64,000 bases of DNA from positions 10,293-74,292 of the forward strand of contig JAUCBJ010002152.1 in assembly GCA_032718475.1 (NCBI GenBank). The letters run 5' to 3'. The notes under the pieces are model-generated. The model searched no databases. It was not told the DNA's origin and was given only the letters and a program-made list of their open reading frames with translations. Source of the stretch: Nemertoderma westbladi. Taxonomy: Eukaryota > Animalia > Xenacoelomorpha. This document shows positions 22,084 through 32,700 of the stretch, piece after piece. Each line of letters starts with the position of its first letter. The first letter of the stretch is position 1. The translations under genes were made by a program, and so were the position numbers.

Positions 22084-22961
22084 ATGGCCACAGATACATA
22101 TATCACTCTACTTTCAGATAGCTCATTGAACACTTATCCCAATAATAATCCTAGTGAGTTTACTGTTGATTTAGCTGAAGAATTATATATTGGTCCAAAC
22201 GCCAAAATTGGGTAAACAGTAATATTACGCTGCAAACTCAAATTTCGCTGTCAATCGGGGTAGATGCAAAAGATGCCAAATTATATAGTTTATTTTCTGG
22301 TATGCATAACTCTATTCAAGTGATTATTGATGATATAAATAAACTGTTTAATTCTGAAGCGAAATATAGAGATTTCGAATTCATTTTTAATACAAATAAT
22401 TCTAGAATTAAATTTTAATTTCCTAAAAAGTTGAAAAAAATACAATTAAGTCTACGTGGTGATTTAATACAAATTCTAGGCTTAAAACCGTTATTGGATC
22501 GGAATCATCTGGATATTCCGAATTGGGATATATACAGTACCACTACAGTAGATGAATTAAGCAATATAGAACAGCCGATATTAATTTTTAATTATAGCGG
22601 GCCAAAAATTTCGGAAATTGGCATTTTAGATTTTCCAGCTCCCATAAATATAACACGTAATAAAGATACAATTTTCATATACACAGATATTATTAAGAGC
22701 TCATTTGTTGGCGACGCTTTAGCTCCACTCTTAAGAACCTGCCCTTTAACGCAATTAAATCGAAAATATATTAATCACGAATACGAGAGCATTTGCTATT
22801 ACCCATTGTTGAATAAAAAACTAAAAACAATCTTAATTACTTTACGTGACGGCCAAGGCCAATTAATTAACTTCAGCGGAGGTCGCACTGTTATAACACT
22901 TAAGTTAAATATATGTCGCAGTGTCCGAGTGGATACGGCGCCTGAACTGCTTACACAATAG
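22084..22961 (+). pseudogene. Minor capsid (penton-like) protein 1, disrupted
   Basis: N-terminal YITLLSDSSLNTYPNNNPSEF and C-terminal IFIYTDII..SFVGD..APLLR..YYPL..ITLRDGQGQLINF motifs. Frameshift ~22212, in-frame TAA 22416-22418, last codons replaced by a SINE. Confidence 0.85.
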
Positions 22962-23176
22962 TGTTTGGAGGCGCAGGTTCGAATCTGACTAAAGGCTGTA
23001 GAAATTTCGCACTGTTGTGTCCCTAGGCAAGACACTTTAGACATTAGTGCCAACGTCAACCCAGCGGTATAATGGGAACCTGGCTTTGCTGGGGTAATGA
23101 TAATAAAAGCGCTTTGAGTATGCTGAGCGTAGAAAAGCGCTATATAAATAACCAATATTATTATTATTATTATTAA
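22915..23176 (+). mobile_element. tRNA-derived SINE with CORE-like central domain and L2-type 3' tail
   Basis: Box A-like TGTCCGAGTGG, box B-like GGTTCGAATC, TGTTGTGTCCCTAGGCAAGACACTT, AAAGCGCTTTGAG...AAAAGCGCTATATAAAT, (ATT)n tail. Confidence 0.8.
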
Positions 23177-23191
23177 TACGGGGTGGCGGTG

Positions 23192-24037
23192 ATGGATGAG
23201 TTCTACGTTAGACTACCAAGTAATTCCTGTCCAATTGATTTTCCCCGCAATAGCGCTAGTAATTATCAGATAAATTTCCACGGCGCCTTACCTATAAATC
23301 CAAACGAAAACTGGGTGGTAGGTATAAAAAGTATATTTTACTTAGCAACGTTGCCGTCCATGTATAACAATGTAGAGAATGTTATTTTATTAAAAAAAGG
23401 AAAAAAAAATTTTGAGGATACACTTCCATCCGGTTTGTTCTACAGTATCAATGACATTATAGATTATTTTAACACGGGGGCGTTGAAAGATAAATTACAA
23501 ATAGTTGAAAATACTCAGCAAAATAGGTTGCAATTTATTTTAGGGAAAACTGTGCGAGAGTTATTTATAGGTCAACAATTAGCCTATTATTTTGGAATTA
23601 CTGAAAATAATCTCGGCGCGAATTTAAATCCAAATTTTAAAATTATTTTGAAGACGAAAAATAATATAAAGGGTTATTTAATAAAGGTTATCGGAAATGG
23701 AGAAAAAGCTTACCAGATGGTATTTTTATGCCCTCAACCACCCAATTCTATTCCAGAACCTAAGTCGAACATGTACGTGACTACTAATATAATTGAAAAT
23801 GAATATATTAACGATTTTGGTTTAGCTTTACTTCGTCGTGTTGCGATACCTGATGATGTGAAATATGGTAGCGTAATAAATAAAGAATTTGTCAAGGATA
23901 CAATTCATTATATCTCTGTAAAAAAATCATATAAGATAACATACATTCATATTGAAATAACAGACAAAGAAGGAAAAGATTTGAATTTTGAATACGGGAC
24001 AACATCTATTACATTACACTTTAAACGTATAAATTAA
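23192..24037 (+). CDS. Minor capsid (penton-like) protein 2, intact
   Basis: FYVRLPSNS..FPRNSASNY, WVVGI, MYVTTNII, LLRRV, IEITDKEGK..F..TSITLHFK. Confidence 0.88.
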   Translation: MDEFYVRLPSNSCPIDFPRNSASNYQINFHGALPINPNENWVVGIKSIFYLATLPSMYNNVENVILLKKGKKNFEDTLPSGLFYSINDIIDYFNTGALKDKLQIVENTQQNRLQFILGKTVRELFIGQQLAYYFGITENNLGANLNPNFKIILKTKNNIKGYLIKVIGNGEKAYQMVFLCPQPPNSIPEPKSNMYVTTNIIENEYINDFGLALLRRVAIPDDVKYGSVINKEFVKDTIHYISVKKSYKITYIHIEITDKEGKDLNFEYGTTSITLHFKRIN

Positions 24038-24038
24038 A

Positions 24039-24602
24039 ATGGATTCTGATTTATTTCAAAGATACAGTATACCTCAATATGGTGGTTCAGACTCTAATCT
24101 TGCTGTTTTTAAAGGTGGTAGAAGTACCAGAGGTTCGACGCAAGTTCCTGTTTTTCGAGGTGGTTCATATATTGACCCTTACGGTCAACAAATTGGCACA
24201 TTTGGTCCAAACTTAAAACAATGTCGTTTTCAGCGTTATCGTAGAGGTATGCGGGCAAATCAACACGGAGAAGGTATATTTACAGACGCCTTATCGACAT
24301 TGAAAAAATTTGGTAAGCCATTAGCTAAAAAAGTTTTACAGAAAGCTTTACCATTTACCACAAAATTTATGAGACAACACGTAATACCAAAAGGTAAGCG
24401 GGTCTTACATCAGCAGGCTAATACGGTTATTAATAAAGCATTAAATAAAATGAAACCGTCAACAAGGTCAGTTGTAGAAAAAGTTTATAGAGATTTAAAG
24501 CGATCCGCTAGACCAATGTCTATGAACATACATCATCGACGTAGTAATAAAAATAAAAAAATAAAGGGTAAACTGAAACACTGCGAAAAAAGTATTTTTT
24601 AA
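24039..24602 (+). CDS. Basic virion core/membrane-penetration-like protein with several xxGG/QxGxG putative adenain sites
   Basis: QYGG, FKGG, FRGG, QHGEG followed by amphipathic IFTDALSTLKKFGKPLAKKVL; directly upstream of MCP. Confidence 0.75.
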   Translation: MDSDLFQRYSIPQYGGSDSNLAVFKGGRSTRGSTQVPVFRGGSYIDPYGQQIGTFGPNLKQCRFQRYRRGMRANQHGEGIFTDALSTLKKFGKPLAKKVLQKALPFTTKFMRQHVIPKGKRVLHQQANTVINKALNKMKPSTRSVVEKVYRDLKRSARPMSMNIHHRRSNKNKKIKGKLKHCEKSIF

Positions 24603-24604
24603 TA

Positions 24605-25863
24605 ATGTCAATTATTAAGGAATTAGATTTATTTTCTTCACAGCCAATACAGACTGAATTTAAAGCAAAGCATTATGAAACAATTTACCCCGTATCTAAT
24701 CTCAGAAGTGAATCTAGGGAGGTCACGTCCTTGTACCGAGATCCAATGAATTCTATACGAAACTGCAAGACGCGTTATTAATTACAAAATGTACTGTACG
24801 CTGGGATAGACGACTTGAAAACTCCCATATTTATATGCTGAATTACCCCGCTGAAACTATGTGGAGTGATATTAAAATAGACCTTAATGAGAAGCAGGTT
24901 GAAAATAGCAATAACCATTATTTCTACAAGTCGTACTTATCCAATTTATTATTTACAACTTACGAGGATAAAAATGGGCTACTGGGTGCGGGTGGCTTTC
25001 ATCAACCTTTATCTGAGCACGGAAATGAAATTGATCCCGGCGCGCATCCTATTGCCGATGCCTTTAGTAAACAAATGCAATTTGTAAGTGGATTGACAAT
25101 TGATTTTGATACTGAAACTAAAATAATACAACCCGGGTATGATTTAAGAATGCATTTTAGAAAAGTATCAAATTCGTTTATTTTTAAAATCACTCCAAAC
25201 GCAAACGCTGTGACAAATCTTCGACTAGAATTAGATGAAATAAAGATTCTAATCCCTAGAATGGAGGTTAATCCTGTAATAGAAAGCAGTCACCTAAAAG
25301 GTTTAGAGAGTTACGATATTGAATATCAATTTCAAAAAAAGGAGGTGACAACATTTACTATTCCCGCTCAAACCACAAATTACACCCAAACAAACATATT
25401 TGATGGTAAATAACCCAAATTAGTTATTATTGGCTTCATAACAAATAACGCTTATTCGGGAGAATTAATTAGCAATCCCTTGAAATTTGAACATTTTAAC
25501 CTTAGACGCGCGGAACTGATTGTAGACGGTCTTCCAGTAGGGGGTGTAATATACGAGCCTAATTTTACAGATGGAACATATATTTTTGAGTATACTCAAT
25601 TAATGAAGAACATTAATACATATATTAACGGTTATGGAGGTAATAATATAGACCATGAAACCTACTTAGGTAATTGCCCCATGCTATCCTGGGACCTAAC
25701 CGCCGACGGCTACGTTAGAGATCCGCAACCGTCGATATATACTAACGGCCAATTAAAATTAAGATTTGCCGAACCGTTGGTTGAAACCATAAATGTAATC
25801 GTTTTTAATATTTATGATCAATCATTAAGTTTAAATAGCAGGAAAGAAATACATATCGATTAA
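24605..25863 (+). pseudogene. Major capsid protein (double jelly-roll/hexon-like), one frameshift and one nonsense codon
   Basis: N-terminal KELDLFSSQPIQT, YFYKSYLSNLL, PKLVIIGF..NAYSG..NPLKFEHF, WDLTAD, LKLRFAEPL. Frameshift ~24728; TAA at 25411-25413. Confidence 0.9.
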
Positions 25864-25865
25864 GT

Positions 25866-26318
25866 ATGTTATCTACAGAGGACCTTGATATGTTTCCAGT
25901 GGGTGGTCACTATTTGGGCGCGTTTCCAGCTAATAAATTACCTAAATTAGATAATAATAAGCGGCAGGATTATGGCTTGATAGTAAATACCAATAAAGAG
26001 CATCTGCCTGGGATTCATTGGATCGCGATATATATACGAGATAATGAGGCCGAAGTATTTGACTCGTTTGGACCAAAATATCCAAACAGATGCATTGAAA
26101 AATGGCTTGAGAAAAATTCCGCAAGGTGGCGTACTACTCGCAAACAATTTCAAAACCCAAGGAGGACCACATGTGGTCTGTACTGTCTGTATTATTTGGT
26201 AAATCGTATTCACACAATCTATCCAATGAGAGCGTTTACAAATAATGTGGAAATAAATGAAATAATATTATATAAATGGCTTGTTAATTATTATAAAATA
26301 AACCAACATGCGTTGTAA
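25866..26318 (+). CDS. Adenain-like cysteine (maturation) protease
   Basis: IVNT..PGIHWIA (His), FDSFG (Asp), FQ (Gln), TCGLYCL (Cys). Confidence 0.93.
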   Translation: MLSTEDLDMFPVGGHYLGAFPANKLPKLDNNKRQDYGLIVNTNKEHLPGIHWIAIYIRDNEAEVFDSFGPKYPNRCIEKWLEKNSARWRTTRKQFQNPRRTTCGLYCLYYLVNRIHTIYPMRAFTNNVEINEIILYKWLVNYYKINQHAL

Positions 26319-26353
26319 TTAATCATTTAGCTTGCTTTTGTTTATCAGATAAA

Positions 26354-26954
26354 ATGGATAATATTATTTTTGTTGATTTTCAATATTATAAGATAGACAA
26401 TAAGGAGTATCCGGTAGTATTTAAAGAATGTGCAATATACGATTCTAATTACACCAAAACTAATGTTAAAGATGTTTTTAATTAAAGGCCCGTCTAATAT
26501 TAAGTTATCAGCTTTAGATGCAGCTCACGTAAACAATTTACGGGATATGACTTCTCACTTGCCCTGGGACTACGGGGACATTTCTCAAGATGACTTTAAA
26601 AAATATATGAAGAGACATTTAAAATATAAAAAAAACATTCATGTATTTGGGTTGCTGAAGCGGGCAATATTAGTTTCCCAACTCGATGTTCTCGAGCCAA
26701 ATTCGGTGGAGAAATTGGGAATATATAAGCAATATCACGATTATTTAACGCCTTGTCGATTTCACGACCGATTCACTACAGTGGAAAGTAAATGCACGTT
26801 TCACTTAAACATAAGGGATAACTGTCTGCGATACTGCTCAGCAAAACGCGTTGGGGGGTATGAGGCTCTACACTTTTTCATGAGAAAGCGTTTAACTGCG
26901 ACTGATGATGATGATAAACAGAAAGAAATAACTGCGGTGGAAGATGTACTGTAG
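26354..26954 (+). pseudogene. DEDD-fold / Maelstrom-like protein, one frameshift near 26455
   Basis: MDNIIFVDFQ..VFKECAIYD, then MFLIKGP, SHLPWDYG, CTFH-x10-C (YCSAKRV); AATAAA at ~27010. Confidence 0.6.
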
Positions 26955-27649
26955 GTTTACTCTAAGCATGTAATGTAATGTGATGGGATAATATAATTGT
27001 TTTAATGTCAATAAAAATAATAAAAACATTAAAATCTATTTTTTATATCTCAGTTTGACTAAAGGTGTAGGGCTTAAGTTTACACACACACACATACACA
27101 TACACCCCGCACCTACCGGTAGCCGGCGGTTGTATCAGAGTTTAACTACCAGTAGCTAGCTGATTTTACTACATATGCCAACAACGCTAAACTGTAGAAC
27201 GGCAGAATGGCCCCGACAGCAACCACAGAGCTTTAGCGTTACCGGTACCGTACTTACTAATAATAAAATTAAATTAAGTCGACATGCGGGTTCGTGAATA
27301 CAGCATTAGAGGAGGCCCACCTAACAATAGGCCTACTGGTACCGGCACGGTAGCACTCTTGTACCTGTATAATTGGATAGCGCAAGAGCATGCTGGTTTC
27401 TTTGATTTAAGGATTAGGCTATTACACTTGAATGCTTCCAATTTTCTGTTTACAACTTTAATTGGTCTAATCTACATTACTGCGTGCTACTGTTGCATAG
27501 GTAAGCCTATACAGCTATAGTTAACTTTATGCGGGGGCCCTTTTTCGCATGTTGACCCAATATGGTTTACGGATAGGTAAGGTACACCTTCATTCGGTTA
27601 GGCATATAGGCCTAATGACTACTCCTCAACTGAAAGCTGACTACCTCAC

Positions 27650-27930
27650 AGACACAATAGGTGTAGTTAGGTACCGGTAGCGCTATTGGACCTATAAAAT
27701 CCCCTCGCACTCTCTGTTACTAACTTTCAACATTCACTTTATGTTGTATGCTATACCGTTAACTTTTAGTCAGGAACCCCATCATTCAACCAGTCATATA
27801 ATGGCTCCACGCGGATACAATAGGTGTGGCCCGCAGTATACCTAACTAAGCCTATATAAAATCCACCACATTCTCTGTTACTAACATTCACTCTATGTTG
27901 ACGGGGGCCTATATAAAACATAGTTAGTTT
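27650..27930 (+). promoter_or_regulatory. Degenerate ~160-bp tandem units with TATA boxes and no downstream ORF
   Basis: ACAATAGGTGT at 27654 and 27817; CCTAT(AT)AAAATCC..CTCTGTTACTAAC..CATTCACT.TATGTTG at 27691 and 27851; third CCTATATAAAA at 27908. Confidence 0.5.
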
Positions 27931-28154
27931 ATTTATGTATTCGCTTTTTTTTTAAATTAGATATAAAATAGACTGATAACATTTAATGAGTTGAAATTTG
28001 AAGTTCTCTCCAACTGTTACAATCAGACAGGAACACTGGTCACAATTTGACAAATTTAGTAGGTACCGGTAGGGGCTAATTAAGACAGTAACTAACATTT
28101 AATCGATCAGTCAGTCAGTTCAGTTAGTCAGTATCGATAAATCTCTTCTCATTA

Positions 28155-28541
28155 CTAGTACCATTTATAAATTAGTTGCTGTTGCTGCAGTTCCAGTTCC
28201 GGTTGCGGTTGTGAATGTGTCACAACAACATCATTATCATCATCGCTCCATGGGTTGTTTGGGGGTAACATTGGATTTGTTATACCATCCTCCCAATTTT
28301 CTTGAGAAATTATACCACCTGTATGAATTTCGCTATCGCTGGGTTGAATTCTCACATTTAATGTGAAATTTTTCATTGTTTTAAAATCTGTTATTTCGTT
28401 TCCTCTGTTATTTTTAATTTCTATATGGAATTTGCCATCTTCAAGTTTCATATTAATGTCGACTATATTTGCCGCTTGAAGGTATACATCACCAGCTTCA
28501 AGATCGAATTTCATAGAACAACTTGTCACACTTGCTGTCAT
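28155..28541 (-). CDS. Maverick accessory protein of unknown function (128 aa)
   Basis: Clean ATG ORF in good context (AAAATGA), TATA-like upstream, acidic/Gln-rich tail. Confidence 0.65.
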   Translation of the reverse strand: MTASVTSCSMKFDLEAGDVYLQAANIVDINMKLEDGKFHIEIKNNRGNEITDFKTMKNFTLNVRIQPSDSEIHTGGIISQENWEDGITNPMLPPNNPWSDDDNDVVVTHSQPQPELELQQQQLIYKWY

Positions 28542-29217
28542 TTTACTGTTACAGGTTGGTTATATATAGTACAGTAGTATAGTTTAAGCTAGAGTATACC
28601 GGTATTTGTTTTTTTTTTATTTTGGTTAACAAAATTATAGTTCACTGTTAGAAAAATTGAGTTTATATATATTTTTGTAGAGGGTCGCAGATGTGTACAT
28701 TACAAAATTCACATAGTTAACAAAATGCACAGCATAAACCTTTCCCATTCGGATTAGCGATATATGCTCTGTTCATTGTTCTATTCTGAATGTAGGGAGA
28801 TGCATAGCGGATGTTTTAATGATATGTACCGGTATACAGACTAGTAACAGATAGGATGGCATCGTCTTTGACTATGAATACCAGCACATAGCCCTAAACT
28901 TTTCTCACCGAGCTTAGCGATGCCCACCACACACACACACTCACTCTCATAAGTAACAGATGCGCTATTGTGGCTCACTCGTGAGCAACAATGCCAAGTT
29001 AGCTAGCTAGCTAGCCGCGGCTGCTGAGTATACTATGCCTACTTGAGTGTTACAAGAAACAATCGCTCTACTGAAGTTAATTTCCCCTCAAACTAGTTGT
29101 TGATTTTAAAAAAATATTCATAAATTTCTTCACCCTTCAATTTAATATATATATTTTACAGTAAAAATCTCCACCACCAAACAGCAACAACAACAATAAA
29201 TTTCACTCGTACCGGTA

Positions 29218-29772
29218 CTAATTATATTTTACATCAAAAACCCCCACACCAAACAATAATAAATTATTAACCAGCTTGTTGAAAATAGGATAATATATAT
29301 GAAATTTAAACGGGGAACACATTAATGTACATTTACCAGTGTAGAAACAGCAAACAACAACAATATTATTTATTCTGACTTTACAGTTATTGAATATTTC
29401 AGGGTCATATGAAATTTCTAGTTTAACATTATCAAATATAACATAAAACCCGATATTATTTATAAGTAACCTATAAATTACAGTATCGATACTAAAAATA
29501 TAAGTACACAAATTGATTGATTTAAAAATCAAATTAATGTTTGTTTTTTCTAATATATGTTTTTTCACTTTATTAAAATTATATTTTCTACCGAGAATTG
29601 TTATTCGTCCATTTGTAAACATTAATATGGTTGCACCAAATACCTTATATATAAACTGATTAGGTTTGAGTACAATTTTACCATTCAATTGCTTTTTTAA
29701 TTCTTTCAAATTAAGTCCATAAATAATCTGCTTACAACTTATATTTTTATTTACTATTTGATAATTCATCAT
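29218..29772 (-). CDS. TATA-binding-protein (TBP)-like protein, 184 aa, intact
   Basis: Two TBP repeats: YQIVN..LNLKEL..ATILMFTNGRITILG and FKSINL..SYDPEIF..VCCFYTGKCTL; the start overlaps the PolB stop. Confidence 0.8.
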   Translation of the reverse strand: MMNYQIVNKNISCKQIIYGLNLKELKKQLNGKIVLKPNQFIYKVFGATILMFTNGRITILGRKYNFNKVKKHILEKTNINLIFKSINLCTYIFSIDTVIYRLLINNIGFYVIFDNVKLEISYDPEIFNNCKVRINNIVVVCCFYTGKCTLMCSPFKFHIYYPIFNKLVNNLLLFGVGVFDVKYN

Positions 29773-32700
29773 CAACACTGTCGTCTTTTGGTTCTTCATA
29801 AATTGGTATATTTGATATTTTTATAGGTTTTTTGAGGTTTGTTTTATAGTGCCCCCAAGGAAGCGATTGATTTTTATTAAGCCAAAAAAGTTTATCATCA
29901 AAGCTACTGAGTGCAAATTTATTTTGCTTTAAGGTATAAATACGAAGTAATTTAGATTGAAATCTGTGTATGTTTTTTTTATTTCTTCATTTGAGTTATA
30001 TGCTTTTAAATATTCTTCATGTGTAATATTCGTTTCCACAACAGCTCTTGTAATACCTTTTGCTCTACGAATATTTTTATTATTCCATTCCAAAATTGAA
30101 TATAATTTTGGTCTTAAAAATACTGCTTGTTTAATTTCACGTGAGGCTAGTTCGTCTTTACAGTAATAGAGTCTGGATTTATTTTTATCGCTGTAGAGCG
30201 GGTGATCCTTAGGGTAATTGGATGTATCTAAAATATTATTTTTAATTAATGCTTTTAAAAAATTATTCTGCGATGTATTATAGTAACAACCTATCAAAGA
30301 GTCAGTGTCTGATGCAGCAATTTCAATACGGCAGTTTAATTCTTTCTCAATAGGTAGCAATTTATTGTAATACAGATCATACATATCCAATTTAGCCAAG
30401 TCCAACACAGTGCTACCAATATATATAGGCTTATCGAGAGTTACAGAGTCTTTCACTAATAAATGTCCCGATAGTGTATTATTGTATATTATAAATTGTT
30501 CATGATTAATACGATTTACCAATTGATCGCATTTATCGTTGCTATTTGCGATACGAAAGTTACATCGATCTCTTATCTTTTCTATTGATTTGCCAAACAG
30601 CGAATTATTGAGCAATTTCGCGACAGCTGTTTCAATGTAACTTTTTGCCAGTCGCCTTTGATTAATATTAAAATCGATGTAATTTTTAAATACAAATTCT
30701 TGTTGAAAAGAATATAATTTATGTAGTTTAGTAACAATTAATCCATGTTTTATATAAAATTTTAACAGTTTCAAATGTAAATGATAAAACTCTTTATCAA
30801 ATTGTGTCAGCATGAGTTTTGGTATAGACATTCTATATTTATGGGAGGTACCTCTTTGTATTGACAAGTTATTAAATTGTTCCCGCATATAAGGTGAAAG
30901 CATTGATTCATTTATACTTAAATGCTCGGGGGCTAACGGTAATTGTAATGTTTGATCGTGAATAGCCTTGGGATAATTTAAATCACATATTAACAAATAT
31001 CCAGTAGATCCCTCAATGTCTAAATCTACCAAGTACTCGATTAGTTTTTCTGGTATTGCATTCTCTAAATGTTTAATACTTACTTCTTTGAATTGTGAGG
31101 TGGGTAGTTTTTTACTTAAATTCCCAGAATATAAAGAGTTGAAATCAATATTAAAAATATGGCATTCTTCCTTAGTAGAATCATATGTACTTGTACCTGG
31201 TATATTTGATTCTATATAATGTTTTCGACAAAATGAAACACCACCCCTAATTGATTTTTCAAAATCTCTATATGTCTGATAATCCTTTATTAATTCTATT
31301 TTACATTTATTATATTTTAGCGCGCAATCATAGGTAAATGATGCAATACTACAGTAAAAAACCGCTTCTAAATCGTAATTTTGTTTACAAACATTCCTAA
31401 AATTCTCAAATATATCGGCAAGCAAACAAACATCGAGTTTTAAATAGGCTAAAAGATAATCTTTGAGATTCACACAGTCGAATTATACCCATGATATTCC
31501 CGCAAACCTATAATCTTCAATTGTGCATGTTTTTTGACTTAAGTTACTAAAAAAATTATTTATAGACAGCAAACCAGTATCATTAAATTTATTTATATCT
31601 GTCAAGTACTCGTATGGAAATACTCCTTTCCATTTAATCGTTGAGTTATTCAAGTTTGGATAAAAATATTTCATTTCTTGTAGAGTAATAGGTAAAATTG
31701 AGCTTATATCATGACTGGCTACATCCTTTGTTGAACACTCAACTAAATTACTTAAAGAAAAGCTTAAAAATTGATATGTGTCTAAGAAACGTAACTCAAT
31801 TTTCTTAGAAGTGTTTTTAATTGGGATAAAGGCACTCAGTGAAATATATCGTTCTGTATTTCTCGGTATAACCTTTATATCCCAATCTGTGTATTTCATA
31901 TCTCTAAATCCGCTTTGTAATATACAATGTATATCGTAATTGTTGGAATTGTGCCCGCAAAGTACATACAGGTATCGTTTCAATGATAAACTTCGGTTAC
32001 AACTATTACAGGCTGCCGCAATATATTTACCTGTAATATGCGAATGGTGTCTGTTTTTCCCAACATTATTATTTAAAGTAGCATTACAATAAAAACAAAA
32101 TTTTGCTTGTTCAAAATTTACAAAATCAATATTAGTAAATGACATAGTTTTATGTGTGTATATTTCTGACCAACAACATAATTCAGTTAAATCAGTATAT
32201 AATGAATCTAAGAAATCTTGAATACAATTATTATTATTTGACTTTACGAATGTTTTCAAATGACATTTTGGAGCATCAATTAATTCAGTATTGGGAACAA
32301 TTAAATAACTCACTGCACACGGTATGCTCCTGTATAATTTGATTATTAACTGACGGTTGTAAGATACATTCTATATCAAAGTAGGTGACAAACAATGGGG
32401 ATAAGGTTCTATCTAAATTTGTAAAACTAATGTGTGTTCTTTTTTTATTAGGTAGTTTCTCGCGCTGACTTCTTCCTTGGTAGCAGGCGAGACGGTGTCG
32501 ATGAAGAACTTCCGCTCGAAAAAAATGAGTCAAACACCTTTCGCAATATTTCCTATTCCTGATATGAAGTGCTCTCGTATTCAGCAATCGATTCAAGTTA
32601 GTTATGCAAACATAATGATTCAGTTTAGGTACATTGTTATTTTTTACTACAAGTAATATATTTAATAACTGTTTATCAGGTGTAATTTTACTAAATGGAG

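Noticed and set aside
22915-22995. tRNA gene
   Set aside because: Box A/B-like motifs are present but there is no acceptor stem, and the sequence continues into a CORE-like body and (ATT)n tail, so it is a SINE head.
27110-29220. Recurring TACCGGTA / TAGGCCTA palindromes as Maverick-specific sites
   Set aside because: They also occur repeatedly outside the element (e.g. ~53990, ~58050, ~58453, ~59160), so they look like host background motifs.
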